Below are positions 20,080 through 28,239 of a stretch of DNA of 64,000 nucleotides, in pieces. The notes below the pieces were generated by a model, which had not been told where the DNA came from, searched no databases, and saw only the letters and a list, made by a program, of their open reading frames with translations. This DNA is from an uncultured Alphaproteobacteria bacterium (GTDB lineage Bacteria; Pseudomonadota; Alphaproteobacteria; HIMB59; GCA-002718135): positions 69,812-133,811 of the forward strand of contig CACNLM010000002.1 of NCBI GenBank assembly GCA_902621305.1, read 5' to 3'. The position numbers and the translations under genes are program-made. Every line of letters starts with the position of its first letter. The first letter of the stretch is position 1.

Positions 20080-20882
20080 ACTAATACACTTTCTGCTAGT
20101 TTGTTATGTTTATGTTGAAAAATTTTTTCTCTTTCAATTGACCAGTCAATAAGGGATAATTGTCCCTCTTTATTTTCCACTAGCGCAGAACAACTCTCAA
20201 CCCAATCACCATCATTGCAATATAACACTCCGTTTAATTTTTTTATAACGGGCTTATGAATATGGCCGCACACAACAACATCGGCATTTGCTCTTTTAGC
20301 GCTATCAGATACGGCAAACTCAAAGTTAGAAATAAAATTCGTGGCTCTTTTTGTTTGATGTTTGAGAAATTGAGATAATGACCAATAAGATAGACCTAGT
20401 TTTCTTCTGACAAAATTTAGATAGTTATTCAACTTTAATATAAATTCGTATAGAGATGACCCAATACTTGCCAGCCATTTAGCGTTTAATATAACTGCAT
20501 CAAATTCATCACCATGTAAAACAAGGGCATTTCTTCCATCAGCTAATTTGTGTGTAAACTTATTTTTTATTGATATATTCCCTAGTGAAAAACTTGTGTA
20601 ACTTTTCACAAGTTCGTCATGATTACCTGGGATAAATATTACTTTTGTACCTTTTCTTGCTTTACGCAAAATCTTCTGGATAATGTCATTATGAGTTTGA
20701 TGCCAATAAATTTTTTTTTTCATTCTCCATGCATCAATAATATCGCCAACTAAAAATAAATATTTTGAATCTGTTGATCTCAAAAATTCAAGAAGCATTT
20801 CACTCTTGCTATTTTCTGTTCCAAGATGAAGATCAGATATCCATATAGTTCTATAATATGAAACTGATTGCTGATCTTTCAT
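20076..20882 (-). CDS. LpxH-like metallophosphoesterase, PlcP paralogue (copy 2)
   Basis: Colinear with the 12824-13636 product at roughly two-thirds identity by eye ('YRTIWISDLHLGT', 'GNHDE', 'HGDEFD', 'CGHIH'). Overlaps agt2 by 4 nt. Confidence 0.7.
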   Translation of the reverse strand: MKDQQSVSYYRTIWISDLHLGTENSKSEMLLEFLRSTDSKYLFLVGDIIDAWRMKKKIYWHQTHNDIIQKILRKARKGTKVIFIPGNHDELVKSYTSFSLGNISIKNKFTHKLADGRNALVLHGDEFDAVILNAKWLASIGSSLYEFILKLNNYLNFVRRKLGLSYWSLSQFLKHQTKRATNFISNFEFAVSDSAKRANADVVVCGHIHKPVIKKLNGVLYCNDGDWVESCSALVENKEGQLSLIDWSIEREKIFQHKHNKLAESVLV

Positions 20883-20960
20883 TTTATTAATAAATAATAG
20901 AAAGAATTTGTTAAAATTTTATTTCAATTACATTAACTAAATTTTTTTTTTACAGAAGTA

Positions 20961-21803
20961 TTAATTAAATATTGAGTTTTTATTACTTGGATCTAATCTA
21001 TAAGTGCTATTCCTTAAAAATTTTGTAATCTCAATAAGATTGCCAATTTCTTTTATGGTTTCAAAGGGTATTCTTTGTCCAATATGAACATCAATTTTTT
21101 TTCCCATTCTTCTTTTAAGTTCATATATCATTAAAGAATATCGAAAGACTTGCCCAATTTTATCAGCAACATGAAAAAGTTCGCTATTTTGTCCTTCAAA
21201 AAAAATTGGGAGGACAGGTGATTGAGTTTTCATTATTATTTTTGAAGTAAATTGTTTCCATTCACGATCTATTGCTTTGATTCCTTTTTTTAATTTTGGT
21301 TTCGTTGAAACTGATCCTGATGGAAAAATGATTAGTGCCCCATTATTTCTTAAGTGTTCTTCGCATTCTTTACGTGCAGCGATATTATTTATTAAAGCAT
21401 TTCTATTTTTTGAAAAATCAAGAGGAATAATTTTATTCTTAATAAGATCTGCTCCTTGTAAAACTTTATGCGTAATAATTTTGTAATCTTGTCTAATTTT
21501 ACTAATTAAAGAGCATATTGTAAGACCATCAGCTATTCCAAATGCATGGTTAGCGATTACTACAAGTTTGCCATTTTTAGGAATATTACTTTTAGAATGA
21601 TAATGTGTCTGAATACGGAGACCTAATCTTTCAATTGCATCATGCCAAAAATTCTCTGGAGGTAAATTTTCTCTTAAATAATCCTCATACAACTTACGTA
21701 ACTTAATTTTACCCGTTCCCAATTCGGTTAATTGAATAATAATCTTTCCAACAGGATTAACTTCGGAGTTAGAAAAGGTAAGCGCTGGTTTATTAATTTT
21801 CAT
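20961..21803 (-). CDS. PlsC-like (lysophospholipid/glycerolipid) acyltransferase family protein
   Basis: 'VVIANHAFGIADG' acyltransferase His/Asp box (spacing deviates from strict HX4D) followed by 'IFPSGSVS'. Co-oriented upstream of plcP2-agt2. Confidence 0.55.
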   Translation of the reverse strand: MKINKPALTFSNSEVNPVGKIIIQLTELGTGKIKLRKLYEDYLRENLPPENFWHDAIERLGLRIQTHYHSKSNIPKNGKLVVIANHAFGIADGLTICSLISKIRQDYKIITHKVLQGADLIKNKIIPLDFSKNRNALINNIAARKECEEHLRNNGALIIFPSGSVSTKPKLKKGIKAIDREWKQFTSKIIMKTQSPVLPIFFEGQNSELFHVADKIGQVFRYSLMIYELKRRMGKKIDVHIGQRIPFETIKEIGNLIEITKFLRNSTYRLDPSNKNSIFN

Positions 21804-21877
21804 AAAATTTACTTTAAATTCTTAATTTTATAATGTTAAACAATTGTTAAAGTACTCGAAAAAGGAGAAATAAAAAA

Positions 21878-22073
21878 TTAATCCCACTCACAATTATTGG
21901 TAATTAGCAGGAGGAAATAATACTGTGAGTGGTAAGAAACATTTAAATTTTATTGTTTACAAATAGATTAATGGAATATTAAATTTTTATAAATTTAATT
22001 AATTTTTAACTTCATTAATTCTCAAATAAATTTTTTAGTTCTTTCAATTTATCAAAAATTGAATCTCTTACTT
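21878..22073. repeat. direct repeat copy R2 (right flank of the cassette; includes the genuine arsC 3' end)
   Basis: Partner of 18867-19062. It contains the hairpin at 21884-21932 and the last ~19 codons of intact arsC. Confidence 0.85.
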
Positions 22074-22434
22074 CTCTAAATTTATCTAATTGGTTTAAAC
22101 TAAAATGATCTGATGCCGGATCATCAAATGGTATTGAAAATATCTGAGCTTTGGAATTTAAAACTGGACATACCTCTTCTTTACAAAGCGTAAAAACGGT
22201 ATTTAATTCATCTCTAAATTTGTTGTCTAAACTTTCAAAATCTTTTGAATAATGTTTTGATATATCAATATCGATTTCACCCATAACCTCGATAGCATTA
22301 GGATTAACTTCTTTGGGCACTGATCCTGCACTTTGAATAATGCAATTAGGATATAATTTTTTTGCAATTCCTTCAGCCATTTGACTTCTTGCTGAATTAG
22401 CAACACACATAAAAAGAATATTTTTATTTTTCAT
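22015..22434 (-). CDS. arsC: arsenate reductase, LMW-PTP (thioredoxin-coupled) type
   Basis: 'ILFMCVANSARSQMAEG' CX5R(S/T) P-loop plus downstream Cys residues ('LCKEEVCP'). 139 aa. Confidence 0.85.
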   Translation of the reverse strand: MKNKNILFMCVANSARSQMAEGIAKKLYPNCIIQSAGSVPKEVNPNAIEVMGEIDIDISKHYSKDFESLDNKFRDELNTVFTLCKEEVCPVLNSKAQIFSIPFDDPASDHFSLNQLDKFREVRDSIFDKLKELKNLFEN

Positions 22435-22658
22435 GTTAGCAAATAAATATATCCAAAAATAAATAGTGGGAGTTGTAAACCAAAGTTTGTGAGCAGAGCT
22501 CTATCTTTTGTCATATAACCAACAATTGACCAACCAACAGCACCTGTACCGTGAATAATTATGTTAATTGGATACGCATTTAAATTGGTTAATAATATTC
22601 CTGATAAAATTAACGCGGTGCTAAACCACTTAATTCTATTAATTGATAAATCTGTCAT
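22431..22658 (-). CDS. small integral membrane protein of unknown function
   Basis: 75 aa with two or three hydrophobic helices. Its stop overlaps the arsC start by 4 nt (ATGA-type coupling). No recognisable family. Confidence 0.45.
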   Translation of the reverse strand: MTDLSINRIKWFSTALILSGILLTNLNAYPINIIIHGTGAVGWSIVGYMTKDRALLTNFGLQLPLFIFGYIYLLT

Positions 22659-22781
22659 ATCTTCTCCTAAATTCTATATATTGCGAATATTACACTTTAC
22701 TTAAAGATAAAGATATTAATCAAATTGTAACAAAAATTTAACATTTCTTTCTTTTTTTTTGAAAAGTTCTATAAGCACGCC

Positions 22782-23444
22782 ATGTTTGGATTAAAAAGTG
22801 CATCATTATTTGGTGATACCAAAAAGCTTGAAAGAGAAATTGATGAGTTTGTTGATATTGTCTCTGAAGTGGGCTTAGTATTTAAATCGATAGTTCCAAC
22901 TTATCTCAATCATTCCGCCAATGGTAAATTTGAGGAAATGGTTGAAAAAGTTAAAGAAATGGAAAGTAAAGCCGACAAAATTACAAAAGATGTTGAGCAT
23001 ACTCTTTATGAAGAAACACTAATCCCAGATGCAAGAAGTGATGTGTTACGACTTCTAGAACACATCGACGAATTAATTGGAATGTACCAAGGAAATTGCT
23101 ATCACTTCTCTATTCAAAAACCTAATTTTCCAAAAGAATTTCATGAAGATCTTATTGAGTTAACAGAGACTGTTGTAAATTGTGTTGAGTCACTTTGTTT
23201 GACTGTCCGATCATTTTTTAGAGATATTAAATCTGTTAGAGATAATGCTCATAAAGTAACTTTTTATGAAAAAGAATCTGATATAAAATTTAGTTCACTT
23301 GCAAGAAGAATTTTTGATTCTGAATTACCTCTAGATCAAAAAATGCATCTTCGATATTTTGTAGAAAAGATTGATCGTATTTGTGATCAAGCAGAAGACA
23401 TAGCTGACGAGGTTCAAATTTACGCTATTAAACGTTCCGTTTAA
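22782..23444 (+). CDS. DUF47 / TIGR00153-family protein (PhoU-like Pit accessory protein)
   Basis: 220-aa helical protein immediately upstream of a PiT transporter, the conserved DUF47-pit pairing. C-terminal 'DRICDQAEDIADEV' resembles a PhoU repeat. Confidence 0.7.
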   Translation: MFGLKSASLFGDTKKLEREIDEFVDIVSEVGLVFKSIVPTYLNHSANGKFEEMVEKVKEMESKADKITKDVEHTLYEETLIPDARSDVLRLLEHIDELIGMYQGNCYHFSIQKPNFPKEFHEDLIELTETVVNCVESLCLTVRSFFRDIKSVRDNAHKVTFYEKESDIKFSSLARRIFDSELPLDQKMHLRYFVEKIDRICDQAEDIADEVQIYAIKRSV

Positions 23445-23450
23445 TTTTCA

Positions 23451-24503
23451 ATGGAAATTACAATTCTAATTTTTTTATTTGGTGGTCTTTTTTTAGGTTG
23501 GTCACTTGGTGCCAATGATGCAGCAAATGTTTTTGGAACTGCAGTTGGAACACGAATGGTTAGTTTCACAAGTGCAGCAATAATTTGTAGTGTCTTTGTT
23601 ATTCTAGGTGCAATTATTAGCGGAGCAGGTACAACAGAAACCTTAGGAAAGTTAGGTGCTATTAATGCATTGCCTGGTGCTTTTGCAGCATGTGTTGCTG
23701 CAGGAATATCTGTTTATTTAATGACTAAAGTTGGCTTGCCTGTTTCAACAACGCAAGCGATTGTTGGAGCAATTGTTGGTTGGAATTTATACACAGGATC
23801 TTCAACTAATCTTCAAGTTTTAATTACTATTTTAGGAACATGGATACTCTGTCCTATTATTGCAGGAGTTATTGCAATGGGTTTATTTACTTTTACAAAA
23901 AGAGTTATACTCAATAGAAAGTTACATATTCTCAGACTTGATGCCTATACAAGAACAGCTTTACTTTTAGCGGGTGCTTTTGGTGCTTATAGTTTAGGTG
24001 CAAACAATATTGCCAATGTAATGGGTGTCTTCGTACCTATATCACCGTTTACTGATGTTACTATTGGAAATTTATTTGTCTTTTCCTCAAAAGAACAATT
24101 ATTTCTGCTGGGTGGTTTAGCAATAGCTGTTGGTGTTTTTACTTACTCGAAAAGTGTTATGTTTACCGTGGGTAATGATCTCTTAAAAATGACACCAGTG
24201 GCAGCATTTATTGTTGTTATATCGCATTCTATTGTTTTATTTTTATTTGCATCCCAGGGTATAAGTGCTTTTTTACAATCTATAAATCTTCCCTCTATAC
24301 CTTTGGTACCAGTATCAAGTTCCCAAGCTGTTGTCGGCGGCGTAATTGGAATTGGTCTTTTAAAAGGAGGAAAAGAGGTTCAATGGTCAATTGCAGGTAG
24401 AATTTCTTTGGGTTGGATGACGCTACCTATAATTGCAGCTTTAATTTCTTTAATTGTTTTATTTATTCTAGAAAATATTTTTAATTTAACGGTCTCTTTT
24501 TAA
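23451..24503 (+). CDS. pit: PiT-family inorganic phosphate transporter
   Basis: Duplicated PiT signature 'GANDAANVFGTAVG' / 'GANNIANVMGVF' in a polytopic membrane protein. Confidence 0.88.
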   Translation: MEITILIFLFGGLFLGWSLGANDAANVFGTAVGTRMVSFTSAAIICSVFVILGAIISGAGTTETLGKLGAINALPGAFAACVAAGISVYLMTKVGLPVSTTQAIVGAIVGWNLYTGSSTNLQVLITILGTWILCPIIAGVIAMGLFTFTKRVILNRKLHILRLDAYTRTALLLAGAFGAYSLGANNIANVMGVFVPISPFTDVTIGNLFVFSSKEQLFLLGGLAIAVGVFTYSKSVMFTVGNDLLKMTPVAAFIVVISHSIVLFLFASQGISAFLQSINLPSIPLVPVSSSQAVVGGVIGIGLLKGGKEVQWSIAGRISLGWMTLPIIAALISLIVLFILENIFNLTVSF

Positions 24504-25024
24504 TTAACTGCTCGATAAGAAAAAATAAAATCTTCTTGGATTTTTGACTCAATAGCTCCTTTTCTTCTTGATCGTACTAGATCAATAGCTTCTTGTTTTT
24601 CATAATTAAATTCAACAAGTAAAATAGCAGCTATAGTGCCAGCTCTTCCTTTTCCTCCACGGCAATGTAAAACTATGTTTTTACCATCTATCAATTCGTT
24701 CTTTAATAAAACTTTTGTTGTTTCCCATTTATATTTAAAATCTTTATTTGGTGCTCCCATGTCATAAATGGGTAAATGGTACCAATGTAATTTATGTTCA
24801 TAAATATTTTTGACAAACGAAGTTTTATCACACAATTTTTCAAATTCGCTATCTTCAACAAAAGAAGTAATAGAACTACAATTATTATTTTTAAATATTT
24901 CTAATTCGTTTGCTAAAATTGTTTCTTCAAATAAACCATTAGAGTTAAGACCTGGGAAAGAAGTTAATATAATTTTGCCTGCAAATGACTTAGAGTCAAT
25001 AAAATCATAATTGCTAAATTGCAT
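24500..25024 (-). CDS. dual-specificity / Cys-based phosphatase (CX5R)
   Basis: 'VLHCRGGKGRAGT' P-loop and an upstream 'LPIYDMGAP' general-acid loop. Its start abuts the stop of the PhnZ-like gene with a 0-nt gap. Confidence 0.65.
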   Translation of the reverse strand: MQFSNYDFIDSKSFAGKIILTSFPGLNSNGLFEETILANELEIFKNNNCSSITSFVEDSEFEKLCDKTSFVKNIYEHKLHWYHLPIYDMGAPNKDFKYKWETTKVLLKNELIDGKNIVLHCRGGKGRAGTIAAILLVEFNYEKQEAIDLVRSRRKGAIESKIQEDFIFSYRAVN

Positions 25025-25600
25025 TTACGCTTGTTTAGCTAAAAAAGACTGTCTTGCTTCTTCTAAATAGGGGCGGAAATGTTCAACATCGGGAGTTTTT
25101 TTATCTAGAATTTTTGCTAAATCATCAAATCTTCTAAGCTCTACTGCTTCATCCATAAAAGGTTTGCTTATAAACGCATCTGCTTCTTCTTTTGTGAAAG
25201 GACCACCTTGAACTTTTAACGAAAGTTTCGATGCTTCTGATAGACTATCATAATAACCTTCTTCAACACTTGATAAATATCTTTTTGAGTCAACATGTGC
25301 TCTAATTGGTAGAATAACATCCTCACTAAAATATTTTTTTAAAAAATCAGCACCTAAATTTTCATGATGACCATCTTTCCCTTCATGAATGGGATCGCCG
25401 TCCTCATAGATAAGGTGGCCAACATCATGCAGTAATGCTGCAGCAATTGTTGGTCCTGGTAATTTATGTTTTTCAGCAAGTTCAGCACATTGGAGTGCGT
25501 GCTCAAGCTGGGTCACGTCCTCATTACCATATTGAATATCAGCACCTTTTGTTTTCAAAAGATGTAAGAGATAGTCTACAATATTTTCTTCCATTTTCAT
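25025..25600 (-). CDS. phnZ: HD-domain phosphonate oxygenase, PhnZ family
   Basis: 'QLEHALQCAELA', 'AALLHDVGH', 'HHENLGADFL', 'RAHVDSKRYL' and 'QGGPF' are colinear with the PhnZ / Phn-HD family as I remember it. Divergent from phnW. Confidence 0.75.
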   Translation of the reverse strand: MKMEENIVDYLLHLLKTKGADIQYGNEDVTQLEHALQCAELAEKHKLPGPTIAAALLHDVGHLIYEDGDPIHEGKDGHHENLGADFLKKYFSEDVILPIRAHVDSKRYLSSVEEGYYDSLSEASKLSLKVQGGPFTKEEADAFISKPFMDEAVELRRFDDLAKILDKKTPDVEHFRPYLEEARQSFLAKQA

Positions 25601-25688
25601 TTATAATTAACTTATTAGAAAATAAATTCAATTCCAACTTTAATAAGATTGATCAAATTTATAATAATATTTATTAAGTAAATATTTA

Positions 25689-26786
25689 ATGGATAAAAAA
25701 TTATTAACCCCTGGTCCTCTCACGACATCGATGTCAACAAAAGAGGCTATGCTTCATGATTGGGGTTCGAGGGATACAAAATTTATTGATCTCAATGCAT
25801 CAATTAGAGATTCCCTTGTTAAATTAATAGACGGTGAAGATAAATATCAATGTGTTCCAATGCAGGGAAGTGGAACTTTTGCCGTAGAGTCGATGGTAAG
25901 CTCTCTTACTCAAAAAGATTCTAAAATTCTGATTCTGATCAATGGTGCTTACGGACAAAGAATGAAAAAAATGTGCACATATTTAGGGAGAGATTTTATT
26001 GAATATGAAGTTGCTGAACATGAAATACATGACATCAATAAAATTGAAGACTTAATTGATAGCAACAACTTAACACACGTCTTTGCTGTATATTGTGAAA
26101 CAACATCGGGTATTTTAAATCCTATTGAAGACATTGCAAAATTGGTTGAGGGGAAAAATTTATCGTTATTCATCGATGCAATGAGTGCCTTTGGTGCATT
26201 ACCCTTAAGTTCTAAAACAATTACTTTTGATGCTGTAGCCGCTTCATCAAACAAATGCTTAGAAGGTGTGCCAGGTGTTGGTTTCATTCTTGTTAAAAAT
26301 GAAGTTATTCAAAATGCAAAAGGCAATAGTCACTCACTAAGTCTAGACTTGTATGATCAATGGCAAGCAATGGAAAAAAATAAACAATGGCGATTTACAC
26401 CTCCAACACACGTATTAGCTGCATTCAACCAAGCTATTGAAGAACATAAAGAACAAGGCGGTGTAAAAGGAAGAGGTAAAAGATATAAAAAAAATTGTGA
26501 AATTATTTGTAATGGAATGAAAGAGTTGGGATTTGAGCAACTACTTCCTGATAATTTACAAGCACCAATTATTATTACGTTTAAACAACCTAATGATCCT
26601 AAATTTAACTTTGAGAAATTTTATAATGCTCTTAGTGAAAAAGATTTTTTAATTTATCCAGGAAAACTAACAGTGGCAGAAACTTTTAGAATTGGGTGTA
26701 TTGGTAATTTAGATGAACAAGACATGATGGATACAATAAAAGCTGTAAAAGAAGTCGTTACTGAATTGGGATTAACATTAAACTAA
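25689..26786 (+). CDS. phnW: 2-aminoethylphosphonate--pyruvate transaminase
   Basis: N-terminus 'LLTPGPLTTSMSTKEAMLHDWGSRD', class V aminotransferase fold with 'SSNKCLEG' (PLP Lys). 365 aa. Confidence 0.85.
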   Translation: MDKKLLTPGPLTTSMSTKEAMLHDWGSRDTKFIDLNASIRDSLVKLIDGEDKYQCVPMQGSGTFAVESMVSSLTQKDSKILILINGAYGQRMKKMCTYLGRDFIEYEVAEHEIHDINKIEDLIDSNNLTHVFAVYCETTSGILNPIEDIAKLVEGKNLSLFIDAMSAFGALPLSSKTITFDAVAASSNKCLEGVPGVGFILVKNEVIQNAKGNSHSLSLDLYDQWQAMEKNKQWRFTPPTHVLAAFNQAIEEHKEQGGVKGRGKRYKKNCEIICNGMKELGFEQLLPDNLQAPIIITFKQPNDPKFNFEKFYNALSEKDFLIYPGKLTVAETFRIGCIGNLDEQDMMDTIKAVKEVVTELGLTLN

Positions 26787-26793
26787 CAAAATA

Positions 26794-27426
26794 ATGACAA
26801 AAGAAATTGAAATACCATTAGTTAAAGCAACAAATGAAAATCTTAAAGGATACGGATATTTAATCGATAGTTTTGAAAATAGTGATATTGAAATTGTTAC
26901 TTGGCCAAAACAAGGATGGCGCGACATAGAAGAGGGAACTGGTAATGAAGGTGGAACTACCGAAGGTTCTTTTGATACCTGGTGGCAAGGTGATGTGCTT
27001 TATGGACAAAATAATGCTGTCCAACATAAGAGCGATTATGAAGTAGATGGAAAATATATACTGGGTTATGCCAATAACCCCGATCAAGAATTGCAAAAAG
27101 ATAAATATTCAGATCCAACAAAAATATTTCTATGGCATGCAAATTATCATCCTGATGGAGGTCAGCTTTTTTTTCCTGCAGAAAATAAACCATTTATTTG
27201 TCCTTTAGCTTTACCAACAGACGACATCGAACCAGAACATTTCAAAGCATTTTATTGTGATGGATCAAAAGGTTTGTATATTCATCCAAACATTTGGCAT
27301 GAAGGGGTGTTTCCAGTTAAAGAAAAACAATCATTTCATGGAAAACAAGGTAAAGTACATGCAAGAGTTAGCATCGACTTAAAAGAGGAATTTAATAAGT
27401 ATGTTTATTTTAAAACTGCGATCTAA
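26794..27426 (+). CDS. ureidoglycolate lyase (AllA)-like cupin-fold protein, function unknown in this context
   Basis: 'NLKGYGYLI' near the N-terminus. 'GGQLFFP...FKAFYCDGSKGLYIHPNIWHEGVFP' parallels the AllA 'GTQAFIP...LRAF..G.QGVNYHRNVWHHP' pattern. Lies 7 nt after phnW. Confidence 0.5.
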   Translation: MTKEIEIPLVKATNENLKGYGYLIDSFENSDIEIVTWPKQGWRDIEEGTGNEGGTTEGSFDTWWQGDVLYGQNNAVQHKSDYEVDGKYILGYANNPDQELQKDKYSDPTKIFLWHANYHPDGGQLFFPAENKPFICPLALPTDDIEPEHFKAFYCDGSKGLYIHPNIWHEGVFPVKEKQSFHGKQGKVHARVSIDLKEEFNKYVYFKTAI

Positions 27427-27446
27427 TTATAAATTTGTATAAAATA

Positions 27447-28235
27447 ATGAAAATTATTCATCTTTCAGACCCTCATATTTATATAGATAAGATTCATGGC
27501 ATAGATCCTGTCAGTAAATTTAAAAAAGCATTAAGTCATATAAAAAATAATCATGGTGATGCAGATTTATTTGCCATCACTGGCGATATTACAGACTTAG
27601 GTGATAAAGATTCTTATCAGTTATTTATAAAAATCATTGATGAAGCAGAGCTGCCAAAGAATTTAAATCCTCAACTCATTATAGGTAATCATGATAACAG
27701 AGATGAGTTTAAAATAAACTTTCCTAATATTGAAACCGATCCAAATGGCTTTATTCAATACTTTAAGGATATAGATAATAAACGTTTAATTTTTATAGAT
27801 ACTAATCTGATTAATACTCACCAAGGACATTACTGTGAAGAGAGGCAAGAATGGTTAAATAATATTTTAGGTAAAACTAATACAGATACGTACATCTTTA
27901 TGCATCATAATCCACTGGCATTAGTAAAAGAGGAAAGTGATGGAATAGGATTACAACAAAAAAAAGAGTTTCAACAAATTTTAACTAAAAATAATAAGAT
28001 AATAAAACATATTTTTTTTGGTCATCAACACATTACAAGTTCTGGTTCTTATTGTGGTATTACTTTTTCCTCCCCAAGAAGTACTTGGTCTCCTCTAATA
28101 CCTAACTTTTCAAATGAATATCGTTTAGGAACGGCTAATACAGATACAAATTATAATGTTGCAATAATTCGATCTGACGCCTTAATTATTCATACAGAGG
28201 ATTTTTTAAAAACAGAAGTTAATTGGTTTAAATAA
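27447..28235 (+). CDS. metallophosphoesterase (CpdA/GpdQ-like phosphodiesterase)
   Basis: 'IIHLSDPH', 'TGDITDLG', 'GNHDN', 'MHHNP' and 'GHQH' calcineurin-fold motifs. ATG at 27447 is preferred over the tracked TTG at 27435. Confidence 0.7.
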   Translation: MKIIHLSDPHIYIDKIHGIDPVSKFKKALSHIKNNHGDADLFAITGDITDLGDKDSYQLFIKIIDEAELPKNLNPQLIIGNHDNRDEFKINFPNIETDPNGFIQYFKDIDNKRLIFIDTNLINTHQGHYCEERQEWLNNILGKTNTDTYIFMHHNPLALVKEESDGIGLQQKKEFQQILTKNNKIIKHIFFGHQHITSSGSYCGITFSSPRSTWSPLIPNFSNEYRLGTANTDTNYNVAIIRSDALIIHTEDFLKTEVNWFK

Positions 28236-28239
28236 AAAA

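Noticed and set aside
18867-22073. Classical mobile element (IS, transposon, integron, prophage remnant) as the explanation for the repeat-flanked cassette
   Set aside because: No transposase, integrase, recombinase or attC-like array was seen, and there are no terminal inverted repeats at the cassette ends. The flanks are long direct repeats of host sequence, so homologous or Campbell-type insertion is favoured.
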